A DNA stretch of 61,215 bases, filler included, from Sphacelaria rigidula (taxonomy: Eukaryota), in NCBI GenBank assembly GCA_964200075.2. It is 10 parts of 10 records of this genome, joined end to end, with 100 filler letters (N's around TTAATTAATTAA, not from the genome) between each part and the next. Parts side by side here need not be neighbours in the genome. Positions count along the whole stretch, not along the records: positions 12,265 to 18,296 come from CAXNAA020022680.1; positions 18,397 to 24,428 come from CAXNAA020022681.1; positions 24,529 to 30,560 come from CAXNAA020022682.1; 7 more parts are not named here. One strand, given 5' to 3'. Position 1 is the stretch's first letter. Each line of letters starts with the position of its first letter. A program made the position numbers and the translations under genes. The notes under the pieces were generated by a model. The model did no database searches. It was not told the origin of the DNA and saw nothing but the letters and a program-made list of their open reading frames with translations. Below are positions 12,165 through 25,441 of this stretch, piece after piece.

Positions 12165-12264
12165 NNNNNNNNNNNNNNNNNNNNNNNNNNNNNNNNNNNN
12201 NNNNNNNNTTAATTAATTAANNNNNNNNNNNNNNNNNNNNNNNNNNNNNNNNNNNNNNNNNNNN
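12165..12264. other. Artificial contig linker
   Basis: N44-TTAATTAATTAA-N44. Confidence 0.98.

Positions 12265-12315
<51 letters not shown>
12265..12315. repeat. (AAT)n microsatellite at contig end
   Basis: Direct reading. Confidence 0.95.
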
Positions 12316-12316
<1 letters not shown>

Positions 12317-13163
12317 GTGATAGTAAATAAACTGCAGATTTGGTATCATGTTCACATTTTTGTTTTTCGGCACTAGAAATCTGGCGTTCGTCGGAGGAAG
12401 ATAACGCTTGGGTAGAAACAAGAGGGTTTTATCTGAAAGGTCAACTGCCCCGTAAATTATACTGGTATTATCATCTGGACATACGCCACAGACGACATCG
12501 TAGATAGCGTTCAACCACGCCCACACTTACAGATCATTCTCTACGCCTTTTGGACATGAAGTTTGCCCGCACACGCATCCTGTTTCAAATGTTGTACTAC
12601 TACACGTCCGTCGTCGTCCTCAGTCATCTATTCTACCTCCCCATTAAAAGAACAAAGATTGACGTTATATATGCACGACCTCTTGATACCACCGCACATT
12701 GTGCGTGAAGCTTGCTCGAGATTTCATTGTGTCATGTTTTGCGCAATAATTTCGTCTGTATTTCTGTATGTATGTCTGTTTGTCTCTCTCTCCACTTATA
12801 TACATCCTCTTACCCGACCCAAACCCTCTGGAAGGTTTCGTTCACACTGTCGTGGCTTGGTGAATGTGGTTACAACCTATGGGTGATTTTTTTTTTCAAT
12901 CTGAAAAATTATCACCCGAGAGGGGTACCTGGGGGGGGGTGATGTACTACCTCCCGCAAGAAAAAGCTGTAGGTATTGATATGGTGCCAACAAAACCCAA
13001 AAAATCGTTATCCGAGGGGGGAGTTTATCTACGCGCCGATCCTGCCGGAGGCGTTTCCACGGACGCCGTCGGCGGCAACGAGCCCTCATGTGGTTACCGG
13101 AGGATTTCACCGGAGGAGGCGTTTACCTCAGTTCGGAGCCCAAATCCATGGTTGACACATTTT

Positions 13164-13301
13164 CATACACTGGACAAAATACTATACCGTCAAAAAGTGT
13201 ACTGCGTACAGTATCGACTATTTCGTCTATTGTGATGAGAGTATGCGCCATTATTGCGCAGTACCCTCTCTGACAAAACATCATATGTTGTCCAGGGCGT
13301 G
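13164..13301. mobile_element. 138-bp CAC-type MITE
   Basis: catacactggacaa ... ttgtccagggcgtg; internal gtcaaaaagtgtactgcgtaca; same-length copy at 18675-18812. Confidence 0.7.
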
Positions 13302-13314
13302 CACATCTTTGAAA

Positions 13315-13460
13315 TAAGCGCTAACCCCAGCCCTAACCCTAATCGTAGTTAATCAAAGCATACCGAGGGCGCCCTCGGGCAAGGGGGTGTGCAAAGGGTG
13401 CCCCGGGCGAGGTGTGCCTTTGCAGATCTCAAATCGGCGCCACAGGCCCCGATTTGAAAA
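13315..13460. repeat. Dispersed repeat with (CCCTAA)-like motifs
   Basis: gctaaccccagccctaaccctaa ... gcagatctcaaatcggcgcc.caggcc; reverse copy at ~17755-17835. Confidence 0.5.
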
Positions 13461-16400
13461 CAAGAACGCCTTCTGCGCACGCTAGAAGCAGCCAGGACTG
13501 TCAGCTGTCAGCCTCCACGAAAGATCCGAATCTCGGTGTCCACACCAAAATCAGGTGTGTTTCAACCATGGAGTTGAGGCTACGAGCTGGAGTGGACTCT
13601 ACTGCCTCCCGGATGGCAAAAGTTTGAGGATGACACGCTAGTTTGCGTTACTATGTCTTCTTCATTTATGCTGCGATAGCGGCTTTCGAAAACGTTCGCG
13701 CTGCTACGCTACTGTAGATGTGATACAGCCAACGCGTACTCTCGGCGTGATTCAATCCTCATAATAACTATTTCTTAGAGTATATATTATACACAGGTGT
13801 TACTTGATGCAGTATAGAGCAGCAGTCCGTCCTCATGTCCTCAACCCAACACTACACCAGACGCTAATTTATCTGAGTCTCATGTCCGCAGGTATAAGGC
13901 AAGTCTCGTCCGCCAACTTCTGCATAGAGTAAAAACCGAATTTGGCATGATATTATGGATGGTATTCGGGCATATCGATATGTCGATGTGAACTGACGGC
14001 TGATTCACATCCCTAGGGTAGAGTCATCGGGGTGTTCGATGTGATTATCGAGTGAAGATAAGGCCGATTCAACAGATGATGACCCCCACCCTGGCGGTCA
14101 AAGGGTTTCAGCCCTTTGCCCGCGAAAAAGGGTTTTGAGGTCTTTACCGCCGGAGAGTAGCAACCGTTCTTCATATAATGATAGTAATAATTATTATTAT
14201 TTCCGTACATTAGTCCGATCTCTCGAGCCCGTCGTCACAGACGTAAGCTCGTCTTTCCAATACCGTCCCTGCTATTCCTTACAAGACATGAGAGTCCTCC
14301 ATCATTTTTTCAGAGACTCCAGCCTAATTACATGAACAAACGCCATCATCACTAATATTACCAAAATGAAAATAAGAAGAGAGACGCCAAGAACAACATG
14401 AGAAGCAGTTTCCCCGGGTTCAACGGGGTGAAGAAAAAAAGCGAAAGAAAAAACCCATTCAGATCTGCTAAGGAAAGCCCACTGACGGAAAAAGGACAAA
14501 GAAATGAACATACGACGCGGTACATTGACGTACACGGACTCAAAATAAAATGCCTCGTACGCAGTCAAAACGGCCAGACCAATAAATCCGTTCGGGCTTC
14601 CGGCTCACCAGCAACCGAAATCGAGTAAAAATTGCTGGCCGGTCTTTTGATGTTTCGAGCGTAGAGAATGACCCCCACAGCACCGGACTGCACCGTAGAG
14701 CACAGTCGTCCTACATATGCCCACATTTATTTATTTTTTCCTTGAAGGGAGGAGGAAACCTCATGTAACACTTTTACCCCGCGCGCGGGTTCGGTTTGCC
14801 GATTATCCGGAGGCTCGGTTAGAACGCCTCCCGGCAGTCTTGTGGGGTAGGCACCTCGAGCGTTCGGAGAGTTTTGCTCGTATGACGATCTCCATTTTTA
14901 CCCTGACACCGACAGAGAGGTCACTCCCACTTCGATGTTGGGACGGCAATGACGTGTCCTGACATGGCGGTCGTGAGTAAAAGCTAAGAGGAAGCGTGCA
15001 GTACAGCACAGTTATGAGTGTGAGTGGGGGCCCTAACGACCAAAAAACACTCTCCGACAAAAAACATTGATAATGAACACGGAGGAATAATGAAGACGTC
15101 ATCAGGCGGTCGCACCTCCTGCCGAGCAGAACACGAGCAGATCATACGATTCGTCCCTTATTGTTTAAACTTGATTTAGTACGCGACAGCTATAGCGTTA
15201 TGCATTTGCGAGTTTCTCGACACACGAAGCAAGCCGGCCCCGCGGCACTTGACAGCCCCCCGCATGCACACAACAGCTAGGTCAAGCAAGCCCTTACACC
15301 TTCGCTCAATTCGCCACAGCGGACCCGAAAAGCCCCCAAAACTGACAAAAAAAACACCTTCAAGTATATTTTGGTCTAGTGCGGCTTAGTATCACGCGCG
15401 AAGGCAATCGCACAATGACGCGACCTAGATTGGGTGTGTGGTAAGCGCACGCAACAAACCGCTGTCCAATCCTTCGCTTCGTTGCCGAGAAACTTGCGTT
15501 GACAGATCGGCACAACAACTACCCAGGCAGCAGCTTCTATCCTGCTGTTGTTGTGACTCTGTGTACAGATGTACTGTACCGCCACGTCAGTCACAGGTTT
15601 GTTGAATGAGCGTGGTCGTTATTTCGAGGTGACGTGTGTACTTGTAATTGACACTGATTGGCTCATGTAGGGCTTCATTTCTTTTGTAGACGGGAATCGA
15701 GGTCCACTTTCCCGAAATATAGTACCCCAAATCGGGCCTCAGTCACACCCGTAACAGTATATATATGTATGCGTATTGTATATATATATACGTATTGTAT
15801 ACATATAGTATACGGAGAGATGCACCAGCCGAATCTGTGTTCGCACCAGTTTTGAGTGTTGTAGTTGCTGGCGGCTTGTGACCCCGATATGCTGCTGCCA
15901 GCCGCGGCGGCGGGGGTTACGTAGGAGTTGCAGACTCTGCTATTGGTGCGTCACTCGGGCGCTGCGTGCGCGTCGTTTCCTTCGCCTCGCGTTGTACTTA
16001 TTTGTGTCTTCTTGTTCGTACCCTTGTCAGGGCGGGGGGGGGGTGGGGGGAGGGGGCTTGAGAGGCGGGACCTTTTCAGGGTTTCTTCCCTACTCTAGGG
16101 CGACAATCAAGTGAAGAATCAAATAAGAATCCAAGTGTATCGTACCCGTATGGTGAAGCTATCGTCCCGTTCAAACAAGTTGTAGAAAGTTTTGAAAATA
16201 TATTTGTCAAGCTTGAGAATGAATTGCCCTCGGATGTCCTACATCGCCTCAGCGCCACATTATATGGGTGCTTGTTGATGCTTGCCTGGGTGAAAGGACT
16301 CCAGCCAAGGGGCATGCGTTTTCTATTGTCGCGGCCTCGGGACGCTTTTTTTACCTGTGCAGTATAAACGTGAAAAAAAACACGTCGATTTTGGTCGTTG

Positions 16401-18296
16401 ACCGCTTGATCGTTTTATGTTCCACCCTCGGCTACGTCATGTGATTTGTGTAGCGCCACCCGGAAAAAAAGAAGAGAGAGACGCCGTGAACACCATCAAT
16501 ATAACTCAACTGGCATTGACACACCCCGGGGACGCAAAAGGGTTACCGTGCGAGGAATTAATGTGGTATGTCTTCGTGGACTAGATAAAAGTATATAAAC
16601 CTTTTGTGTTTTTTACCCTGAATAAAGCTGTTATTTTGTGCACGACATTTCGCCACTGGGAAAACACATCACAAACAACGAGTTTGCTCGGACTTCTACA
16701 GGCACACACGCATCAGTTGGGGAGTATATGTGCCGCGTCCGTGCCTTGCAAAAATAGGAGACAGAAGTGAGACCTAGCCTCATACAGCCCACAAATGTAT
16801 ATCTCATTCAATCTTGTAGTCAAGTCTTTCCGCTCAATACCTTTTGTGGATTGTCCTTCCAACCTTTCCAAGGCGAGCGTTAACTGCCCGCAAGTACCCC
16901 TTGCGGCCGCTCACAACAACCATGATACCAGCAGAATCGATTCTTTACTGGCTTACACGCCGTTCACCAAGACACAACGATCAGCCAGACCTGAGAGGTC
17001 ATTTTCGGGATTATATTTTCGAATCTGTCCGTTCTCGGCCCCAAGCAACGTGTCGGCCTTTTCGGGTTAACTATGTGCTGTATGGACCAACTCGTCGGAC
17101 TTTGAGGAGAATTACGTTCTGCGTATATGGCGATTTTGTGTTCTCATTCGGCAGCTCTTCAGTTACTACCAAGCGGAGGGGTCGGGAACATGAACGTTCC
17201 CGATTTTGCCGAGTCAATCAACCACGCGAAAAGATCGCCCAGCACCTCGACCTCTTTTCCCCGGATAGGAGGTACATGTGACCATGTTTACTGAGTGGGG
17301 ACCCGTGCGGATGGAATTGGTTATGCCGAAAGTTTTAATTGTTATTCGTATTAATATTCCGCACATTTGCTCATGGTCGGACCCGTGTTGTTCTTTGGTC
17401 GAACCTCGAGGCTAACCCTGAACCTGAACCCAACTCAAGAGCATAACGAGAAAACCTCCGGCTAGGGAGATATCGATGATGGCCTAGTGGAACGCAATCG
17501 GCGTCGATTTGAAGAAACACGCGTCCTGCGCGCGCGCGCTGGTGGGGTACCTGGGACTGCCTGTTAGCCCCCGACAAAAGATCCGAATGTAATACAGTCT
17601 TCAGTTTTTTTTATCTACACCGGAACTATGTATTCGTTCAACCACGAACGTTCTCGCTTCCAGTACACCTAATGAAGGTTTTGTCGTACATTTACGGTTG
17701 ACAAGATGACTACTTGATTTTGGAGTTGAGAAAGTTCTGAGGAAATTTATTATTTGAGGCAGGCCTGCGGCGTCGATTTGAGGTCTGCCCGGGAGTCTCG
17801 TACACCTGGGTGGGGTTTAGGGTTACGGTTAGCGTCATTTTTAGTTTGTTTGAAATAATCAATCATACTGTAGTAGATATACGACCAAATATTTAGGTCG
17901 CCTCCGCGATTTTGACGAAAACGCGAGGGGCAGTTGGGGCTGTCAGCCCCGCTAATGATCCGCATATTGGTGTTTACACTCGAATCAAGTAGTAAAATTC
18001 CGGGAGATTTCCCCCAGGGAAACAAAAAATCTGGTTGTCCTTCATATGTTATTTCGATCATTGAACTGGCTTGTTGTGAGCGTCCCGTCCGTCATGATTT
18101 TCCCTCATGAAGCAAGACTCGTTTTTTTTGTATTGATCTTACTCCGATCGCTGAACGAGTCTATTTCATCCATGATTTTTCCTTCATGAAACAAGTAATA
18201 ATTTTCCTTTCGATGTGAGGTCTGTCAACGCACACTTTTCATTTGTTCAAGGCTCGAGAATTATGGATTTTTTAAAAGGGACAATCAAGACTTGAG

Positions 18297-18396
18297 NNNN
18301 NNNNNNNNNNNNNNNNNNNNNNNNNNNNNNNNNNNNNNNNTTAATTAATTAANNNNNNNNNNNNNNNNNNNNNNNNNNNNNNNNNNNNNNNNNNNN
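18297..18396. other. Artificial contig linker
   Basis: N44-TTAATTAATTAA-N44. Confidence 0.98.
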
Positions 18397-18435
18397 CCTT
18401 CTTCTTTTGGGTGCCCCCCCCCCCCCCCCCCCCCT

Positions 18436-18503
18436 CTCCGTCTCGAAAGGGATGCGTGGTCAATGGTCAATTGACTAAGGCAAGCAACAAATGAGTACGC
18501 CCC
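18436..18503 (+). mobile_element. LINE family D extreme 3' end
   Basis: Near-identical to 4261-4340 and to 48883-48954 (reverse). Confidence 0.7.
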
Positions 18504-18674
18504 CCCTCCTCCCCCCGTCCTCTCTCTCCCGTCCTTCCGAGAACCCAGCAATCGCCCAAACGTCGAATATGTACACAAATACAGTGTGATGCCGACTACT
18601 AGAAACGTGAACGAAACGCCAGCTAGTGCTGCGTTTCGCCTCGATACTGGGCTCCTTCTTCGTGACGTGGCGTC

Positions 18675-18812
18675 CATACCCTGGACAACAGAATACACAG
18701 TCAAAAAGTGTACTGCGTACAATATCGACTATTGCGCCTATTGCAACGGACAATTGATGCTATACTCTAAGGAGTACATTTTTTGGCAATGAAATCTTTT
18801 GTCCAGGGTGTG
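18675..18812. mobile_element. 138-bp CAC-type MITE 40 bp downstream of the Nudix stop codon
   Basis: cataccctggacaa ... ttgtccagggtgtg; homologous to 13164-13301. Confidence 0.7.
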
Positions 18813-18851
18813 TGGTATCGTCCGCAGGCTCCCGAATATTCGCTCCTGCCA

Positions 18852-18921
18852 TCACGACGGAGCGTCTCGCTGGTACAGATAGTAAGGTGGCCGTCCGGGC
18901 AACACGGAGTCGTGCAAACTC
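18852..18921 (-). CDS. Terminal exon of NUDT6-like Nudix hydrolase ((R)SLHDSVLPGRPPYYLYQRDAPS*)
   Basis: caacag acceptor; phase 2 matches the upstream exon; ends TGA; S-V-x-P-G-R..Y-x-L-Y resembles NUDT6-family C-termini. Confidence 0.75.
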
Positions 18922-19941
18922 CTGTTGATTTTCCAACGTGTACAGGGGGGGGGCACCACAGGGCAAGGGAGGTAAGGCATGAACAGGAGTTGTTCGGCTG
19001 TTCAACAAGGGTTCAAATATTGGTGAGGGTAGAGATATACGAACAGCCGTTAGTTACACGCTTTAACACCAGACGGACAATAAACATGACGGAGGTTCAT
19101 CCAAGGCAATGGGAGTCCCATCGCAGTGCGATGGGTTGCCAGCTGGGAATGCCCCGAACCGAGGTCGAGCCTCGCACTTGAGCGGTACAGACACTGCAGT
19201 GGCATTGACTACAAAAGGTATAGCAGATAGGATCTACGACTGCAACGCTCATTTACACCGGACAAGACGACCTGTTGTGGTCGGATGCACCCGTGCTCGA
19301 CACAACATCAAAGTCACGCTGTGTATTCATGCATTCGTCTGCACAGGCATTTGCCGAAATCATGCCGTATCTCATGTACACACGGCCTCCGTATCAGTTC
19401 ATGAGGGCTCGTCTAAGCGCACGCCTGTCACTACACGATACTGCCGGGCAACGCTAACATAGCTCTACATACGAGTTAAACGGACCAAACCGCACGCACA
19501 CACGGACCATCACTGCTTCACACCCTGGTGATATGGATTTCGTTGTCAAAAAGTGTACTGCATATAGTATAGACAATTGCGTATACTGCAATAGACAACA
19601 GATACCACACTCTAGTACGCAGTACCTTTTGACAATGTTACACGTCGTTATCCACGGCAGTGGGCGCAAGTCGCAAACGTTGGAAGAGGCACAAGCGCAC
19701 GAATTCAAATCCGCGCAGACGTGTAGGCAGTTGTATCGTGCAATGTGGATACATAGATTACCGTTCCAGCTGCGGATCACCCCGGCTGCGGATCGTTCCG
19801 CATCCTTTTGGTTTCAAATACACAAAAGGGTTGTGGTGTACACGATCTGAAAATTCACAATACAAAGCAAACACACCCAGCCTCTCACCAAACTTGCTCT
19901 ACAATATTAAGTCTTGCAAAAAAAAAAATCCCCCGCCTCGC

Positions 19942-20225
19942 CTGTTCAACTCCCTCTCTTCGGGATTCTCCAACATATCGGCCACCACCGCCAGCATGGA
20001 GTGCTTCGTCTGTGCCTTGAACTGCTCCAGAGGCATCCAGCACGCGTCCGCTATCTCGTGAGCACACTTGGTGATATTTAAAGTCGTCCCTTCCTTGGGC
20101 ATCAGGCGGCAGATGAAGTAGAAGTCGCTGTTCCCGAACTGCACGTCATGCTGATGCCGCAGGGTCAACACCGATCGGAATTCCGCTTCAACGCCCGTTT
20201 CTTCTCGTACCTCCCGTACCACCGC
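19942..20225 (-). CDS. Exon of NUDT6-like Nudix hydrolase (second half of Nudix box)
   Basis: cgcag|AVVREVREETGV...FRSVLTLRHQHDVQFGNSDFYFICRL...EIADACWMPL; donor is CAG|GCGAG (GC-AG intron); 284 bp, exit phase 2. Confidence 0.9.
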
Positions 20226-21285
20226 CTGCGCAACCAAAGACAGCAACAGTAAACTGGCCAGGTGAACAATTCACGCCGCGCTCCAGCAGTCAAGCCAGTC
20301 CATCAACACTAGCTGAGGCGGATTCTAGAGCGCGAACTTCCACAGTACTTACTCAGATAATATATATTTCGGGGTTTCCGTCGTCGGAAAATGTGATAAC
20401 ATGAGCTGGCAAAACTACCAACAATTCGATCAAACCTATGGATCGCGGGAGTGCTTATCCGGTATTCGATAATGACACGGGATGCAAGTACCAAGGCATA
20501 GATCGGCCAATCCCTGGGGACTGCGGGATTCTCCCGAGGAAGGAGGTGTGTACGTGAGGGGGATGAGGGGGGGACTACCGTAGATGTTCGGTATACCCCC
20601 CTCCTCCACGAGACTGTGATATGACCCCTGCGTTGTTTCACTAATCTCCGACCAAACCCTTATCCTGTACTGGTGTTATGGTTAGTCAAAGGTACGACTA
20701 GACTAATAAAGATATACGAGCAGGCTGACTGACTGGTGGAGTCTAATTTTTCCATTATCAGATATTTATCGAAATGGGCTCACGCTCGTACACCACTGCA
20801 CGAAAAACGAGAACAACATTTCTTGCCCTTGCGGTGTCGTATCCTTGGTGGATGAATGAAAGCACGCGATAAAGGAAGGAAACCGCTCACCCACTGTGTA
20901 CATTTGTCGAAAAAGGGCCTCGCTTTTGTACTTCGCCACACGGTACCACGCAACATACGGTACCCGTACAGTACCCGCGAATTTTGCGCCCTCGCAAACA
21001 TCCAACAAGACTAGACGGGGGACGGAAGGCTTCGGTTGTGTACAATCCCCTGTTGGCTTCGAGGAGTCACTGTAAAATCTGACCGATCTCCGTCAAGTGC
21101 TCGCCAAATTTGTGCGGTACCAGAATCCAGCGCTCAAAATACTATCGCGATTCTACCGCGTTGTTGAAAGCACCGCGTTAACTGAACCCAGCAAAAATCC
21201 TCCAGATTCGTCTCTCTTCTTTGCCCCCTCCCTTCTCGTGAAATTTGGTCGGGGAGGGATGAACAACAAAAAACGGCACGCATAC

Positions 21286-21395
21286 CTCCGCAATGCCTTC
21301 GCCGAGATCCGCTAGGCCCCCTGGAAATTTCCACATGGCTCCCTCGTGCTTGTCCTTCACCAGCAGCACCTCTTGTTGTTCGTTCATCACACACC
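21286..21395 (-). CDS. Exon of NUDT6-like Nudix hydrolase (first half of Nudix box)
   Basis: (G)CVMNEQQEVLLVKDKHEGAMWKFPGGLADLGEGIAE|gtatg; joined to the next exon gives GX5EX7REVREETGV. Confidence 0.9.
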
Positions 21396-21791
21396 CTTGT
21401 GAGGGGGTTTTCGGGGGTTGCAAGCGCGCGGGATTAAACGAAGGGCAACATGAACAGGGGCATCAGAGCACCCCCGAAGCTCACACATGTTTCGTTGGGA
21501 GATACATGCATCAAACGTCGTACTGCTTACTCACTGACTGTTATCTATAATAGTTCGCGTGGAGAATTGAAGAAATCGGTGCGATAGGTTCTACGCAAAG
21601 CAAGCAACTACAACAGCGCTCTCGCAAGACATGGCCGTCTCCCTCCGGCGACAGTCACTCGGTGGTCGCGGGCTCGTGTTTGTACCTCCGATGGGCTTTA
21701 GTAGTCGAGCTATAAACAAGACATTTTCGATCGAACGCGACTTCTTTCAGGTTTTTCGGTTACCACGACTCATGACGGTCTTGTCATTATT

Positions 21792-21959
21792 CACACCCTG
21801 GATGGATAATGACAATATATGGTCAAAATATGCAATGAACAAAACAAAATGCACTGCGTAAAGTACAGGTCTGTTGCAAACTGTTTTCGGTGAAATGTAC
21901 TGCGTGAAATATAGGCTTACTGCATCTATTGACCATATATGGTCATTATCCAGCATATG
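21792..21959. mobile_element. CAC-type MITE
   Basis: cacaccctgga(tgga)taatgacaatatatggtcaa / ttgaccatatatggtcattatccagcatatg. Confidence 0.55.
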
Positions 21960-22161
21960 GTTTGATCTCAAACTTTGGAAATCGAGAGACATGAGCACCC
22001 GACGCAAGTTTCGAGAAATAAATGCAATCCACGACCAATTTTGAACGAGATAACGGGCTCAACGGTCCCTAGGGGAATGCTACGAGTGTACAGTCCCCAG
22101 TTCTCGCTCTTTGATATTTTCGCTCGAATGAACCGATCCGGATCGCTATAATAAACAATCT

Positions 22162-22345
22162 CACACGTCGGACGAGCACGAGTATGACTCGTGGCACTCG
22201 CGCGCGTTGGGCTGCTGGTTGGTCGTTTTTGGAGGTTCTCGAGCACTCGAGTCGTTGCTCGTCGTGTAAAAATTAATAGGGCGAGCACTCGAGTCATTGC
22301 TCGTGGTGAACGACTTGCGTCGAGGAGTCAGCAATCCGACGAGCA
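22162..22345. mobile_element. Short copy of cacacgtcggacga TIR family
   Basis: Aligns with 23183-23534; internal taatagggcgagcactcgagtcattgctcgt. Confidence 0.6.
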
Positions 22346-23182
22346 AATAATCATAGTGAGCTTCTCCACGATGTTGAACCTATAATCTTCAAGTTCATAT
22401 GCAACAACGTTTTCGTGAGATTGATTGAGAGTAGAGCGCCGATTGAGAGTGGCTTTGATCATTCGCTCTGGATTAGCCAATGTCGCATTCCCTATGTGCT
22501 TCTCTCTGCCTCCATCACTGGCGTGTGATTACAGCTACACGTCGATATCCTACTCAGGGATATCAAGGGCCTCGGTGGTGAGCTACTACAAAAAGTATAC
22601 TGGGCCTTGCGGAGGGGCATTTCGGAACTGAAACGATTTATTTGCTTACTGACTGCTTTTCACTCTCAATCGTATCTGCTACTTGTACTCTCACGAAAAC
22701 ATGGTTATGCGTATCTGCGCATGTGCAAGCGTCAAGCTTCAAAGCGAACCAGGGTGGTATCCCACGTCGCAAATCATGTACAGAGGCTGGATGGTGTTTT
22801 CAGACTGTGGTGTCTTCACGGTCGCGCCAGAAAACCTGGTGATAAAACACAAAGCTGAAATGCGCAGGCAGCAGGTGCAAGTGGGTGCTAGACAGTGAAA
22901 TGAGGATCCGTTGTGAACTGCGAACATATCTGTAAAAAGTCATGAGCAATGCCAACAGTAGACGGAGTCGCACTGGCAAACGCAGAGAGCCTGCCGTGGA
23001 GTGGAGCACTGTACAAGCAGAAAAGCCACAGCCGCCGACAGTACAGCAACAAAGGTGGGCTTTCCTGCTTGTACAGTGCTCCGCACCACCACAGACGGCC
23101 CTGCCCATGTGATGAGAGACACACTGTAAAGCGTCAGGTACCTGGCTGTGCCGCATGAGCGGGGCATTGCTGATGACTTATT

Positions 23183-23534
23183 CACGCGTCGGACGACCAT
23201 GACAATGACTCGTGGCACTCGCACTCGTTGGGTTGCTCATCGGCCGTTTTTCGAGGTCCTCGAGCACTCGGGCCATTGCTCGTTGTGGAAACATTAATAG
23301 GGCGAACACTCGAGTCATTGCTCGTTGTGGAAAAATTAATAGGGCGAGTACTCGAAAGGTGTAGACTGGCGTCTACAATAGATGGGACGACAACACACAC
23401 ACAGACAGTACTCCTGTCATTGCTCATTGTGGGGACAGTCAATAGGGCGAGCACTCGAGTCATTGCTCGTTGTGTTTTAAAAAAACACCAACGGGTGCAC
23501 TCGTTTCGACGAGTGATGACTCGTCCGACGTGTG
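23183..23534. mobile_element. CAC...GTG TIR element with ~40-bp internal tandem subrepeats
   Basis: cacgcgtcggacga / tcgtccgacgtgtg; several aatagggcgagcactcgagtcattgctcgttgtg units. Confidence 0.7.
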
Positions 23535-24428
23535 GAACAGTTCTATGCCTCCAGTTCTTCTGCTTTCTGCATATTTATTGCGCTACAGCCGAAAAGTCGT
23601 GTCTTCGGCCATATGCGCTCAGGTCAATATCCCCCCCTCGATAAACGGGTTATTACTCTGTATCGTTATCGTCACCACAACACAAATTTGGGAAATGTGT
23701 CCTGAGGACGACTTGTTTCTTTTTCCAACGCCTACAAACTCTCAAACGCTCGAGTGAAGGCAACGAATCGTCTGTTAAAAAAATCTCAGTTGGGTGAATA
23801 CCATTTTCAGAGTTTGAAAACGTACTGTAATTCAAAGTGAGCGCTGGCTTCGTTTCAACCCCCTGAACCCCCCCCGTCTCCAAAGGGATGAGAGGCAAGC
23901 AACAAATAAGTAAGTCCCCCCTCTCCCCTCCCTCTCTTGAACCCCCCCGCGACGCGCTCGTTTTTTCTTAGGGCAAGTCGTTCTGGCAGCAATGGTATGC
24001 AGAACACGAGTAATCCCTACAGGTCACTTACCTCTTTTTTTTTCTTTCCTCCATACAATTTACATTGATACATCAAGACCGCCTGAACGCGAAGCGGAGG
24101 TGCTTCATGGTTCCAACAGCTACAAATCGGCAAGACGACGTGTCTATTTTTTTTGTGGCCTTCCCACCGTGTCCATCTTTTTCCCGAAAATTCCCGGAAA
24201 TTTCCGATTTTTCCCAATTTTTTCGGGAAACGAAAGAGTGAGAGCAGAATCCTCAACCAGGTCAGGCAATAGATAATTGAAGACTGAATACACATTTCTC
24301 GAAAATCTATCTCGTCGATTTTTTCATCAGTTTTTTTTTTTGGGGGGGGGGGGAGAAGTTAGACAAAAAAGAATCCATTTTTTTTTTTTTTTAACCCCAA
24401 AGGTTGAGAAAAAAAAAAATTCCCTGTC

Positions 24429-24528
24429 NNNNNNNNNNNNNNNNNNNNNNNNNNNNNNNNNNNNNNNNNNNNTTAATTAATTAANNNNNNNNNNNNNNNN
24501 NNNNNNNNNNNNNNNNNNNNNNNNNNNN
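24429..24528. other. Artificial contig linker
   Basis: N44-TTAATTAATTAA-N44. Confidence 0.98.
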
Positions 24529-25441
24529 CAGGGGTCTCCGTCCCTATTTTGCAGGGGTGCGAGGTCAAGGTTTTTGGGACTATGCACCACAACATCATGA
24601 ACCCCCCCCCCCCCCCCCCCCCCCCCTCCTGCCTCCCCCCAGCCACCCTACCCTATTACATCCCCTTACCTCCATGGTGAAATTGCGTTTCCTACGACAA
24701 TATCGCCCATCATCGACATACTGTGCATTGCTACATCTCAGGATCAAATATAGTGACATCGGCAGCAAACATGCCTGCGAACCCCAAGAGCAAGAAGTCT
24801 TGATGTACACGGGTTCGAGTCCCTTCCATCGGCTTTTCAAGCACCGCAACTCGTTGCAAGGCAAGCATGGCAGCTCGCCTGAAGCTTCGTTCATAGCTGT
24901 CAGCCCGGATCCATCCCTCGCTTCCCACCCCAGCGCAGGCGTTCCTTCGAGCGGGGCCCCACCTTATTACGTTGATTTTCACGAAGATCTTAAACGTGTA
25001 CTGAGCTTGCTGACGTTCCGCAACAGGCGGGTTTCTCAGGAAACTACGGGGCTACTAACAGTTACGGGTATGTGTGAGCCATCTCATGAAGGGGAAGGAG
25101 AGGGGGGGGGGTTGTTCCGACGGGGGAGTTTCCCGAAGGGGTCATCGTGCGACGTCGCTCGAGGCACTAAAGAGTAATTGAAAAATATCCTTGCTGTCTA
25201 TATTCAGCGACATGTCGGCCGCTTTATGATGCTTTACCACCCCATTGAAATAAACCCAACCACAGCGCGTCGTTGTATTGCGCATCGATGAACCCCGTTG
25301 TTGCGGGCCACAATTTTGCACCCCCGCCAGTCGCGGTTAGTAGCCTTGTTTCTGTCAAGATGCTGACGGTTTGAAGTACAGGGGGCACTCGCACTCCGAT
25401 TTTTTTTTTCTCAGAGGATAATTTCACGATGTCGTCCCTAC

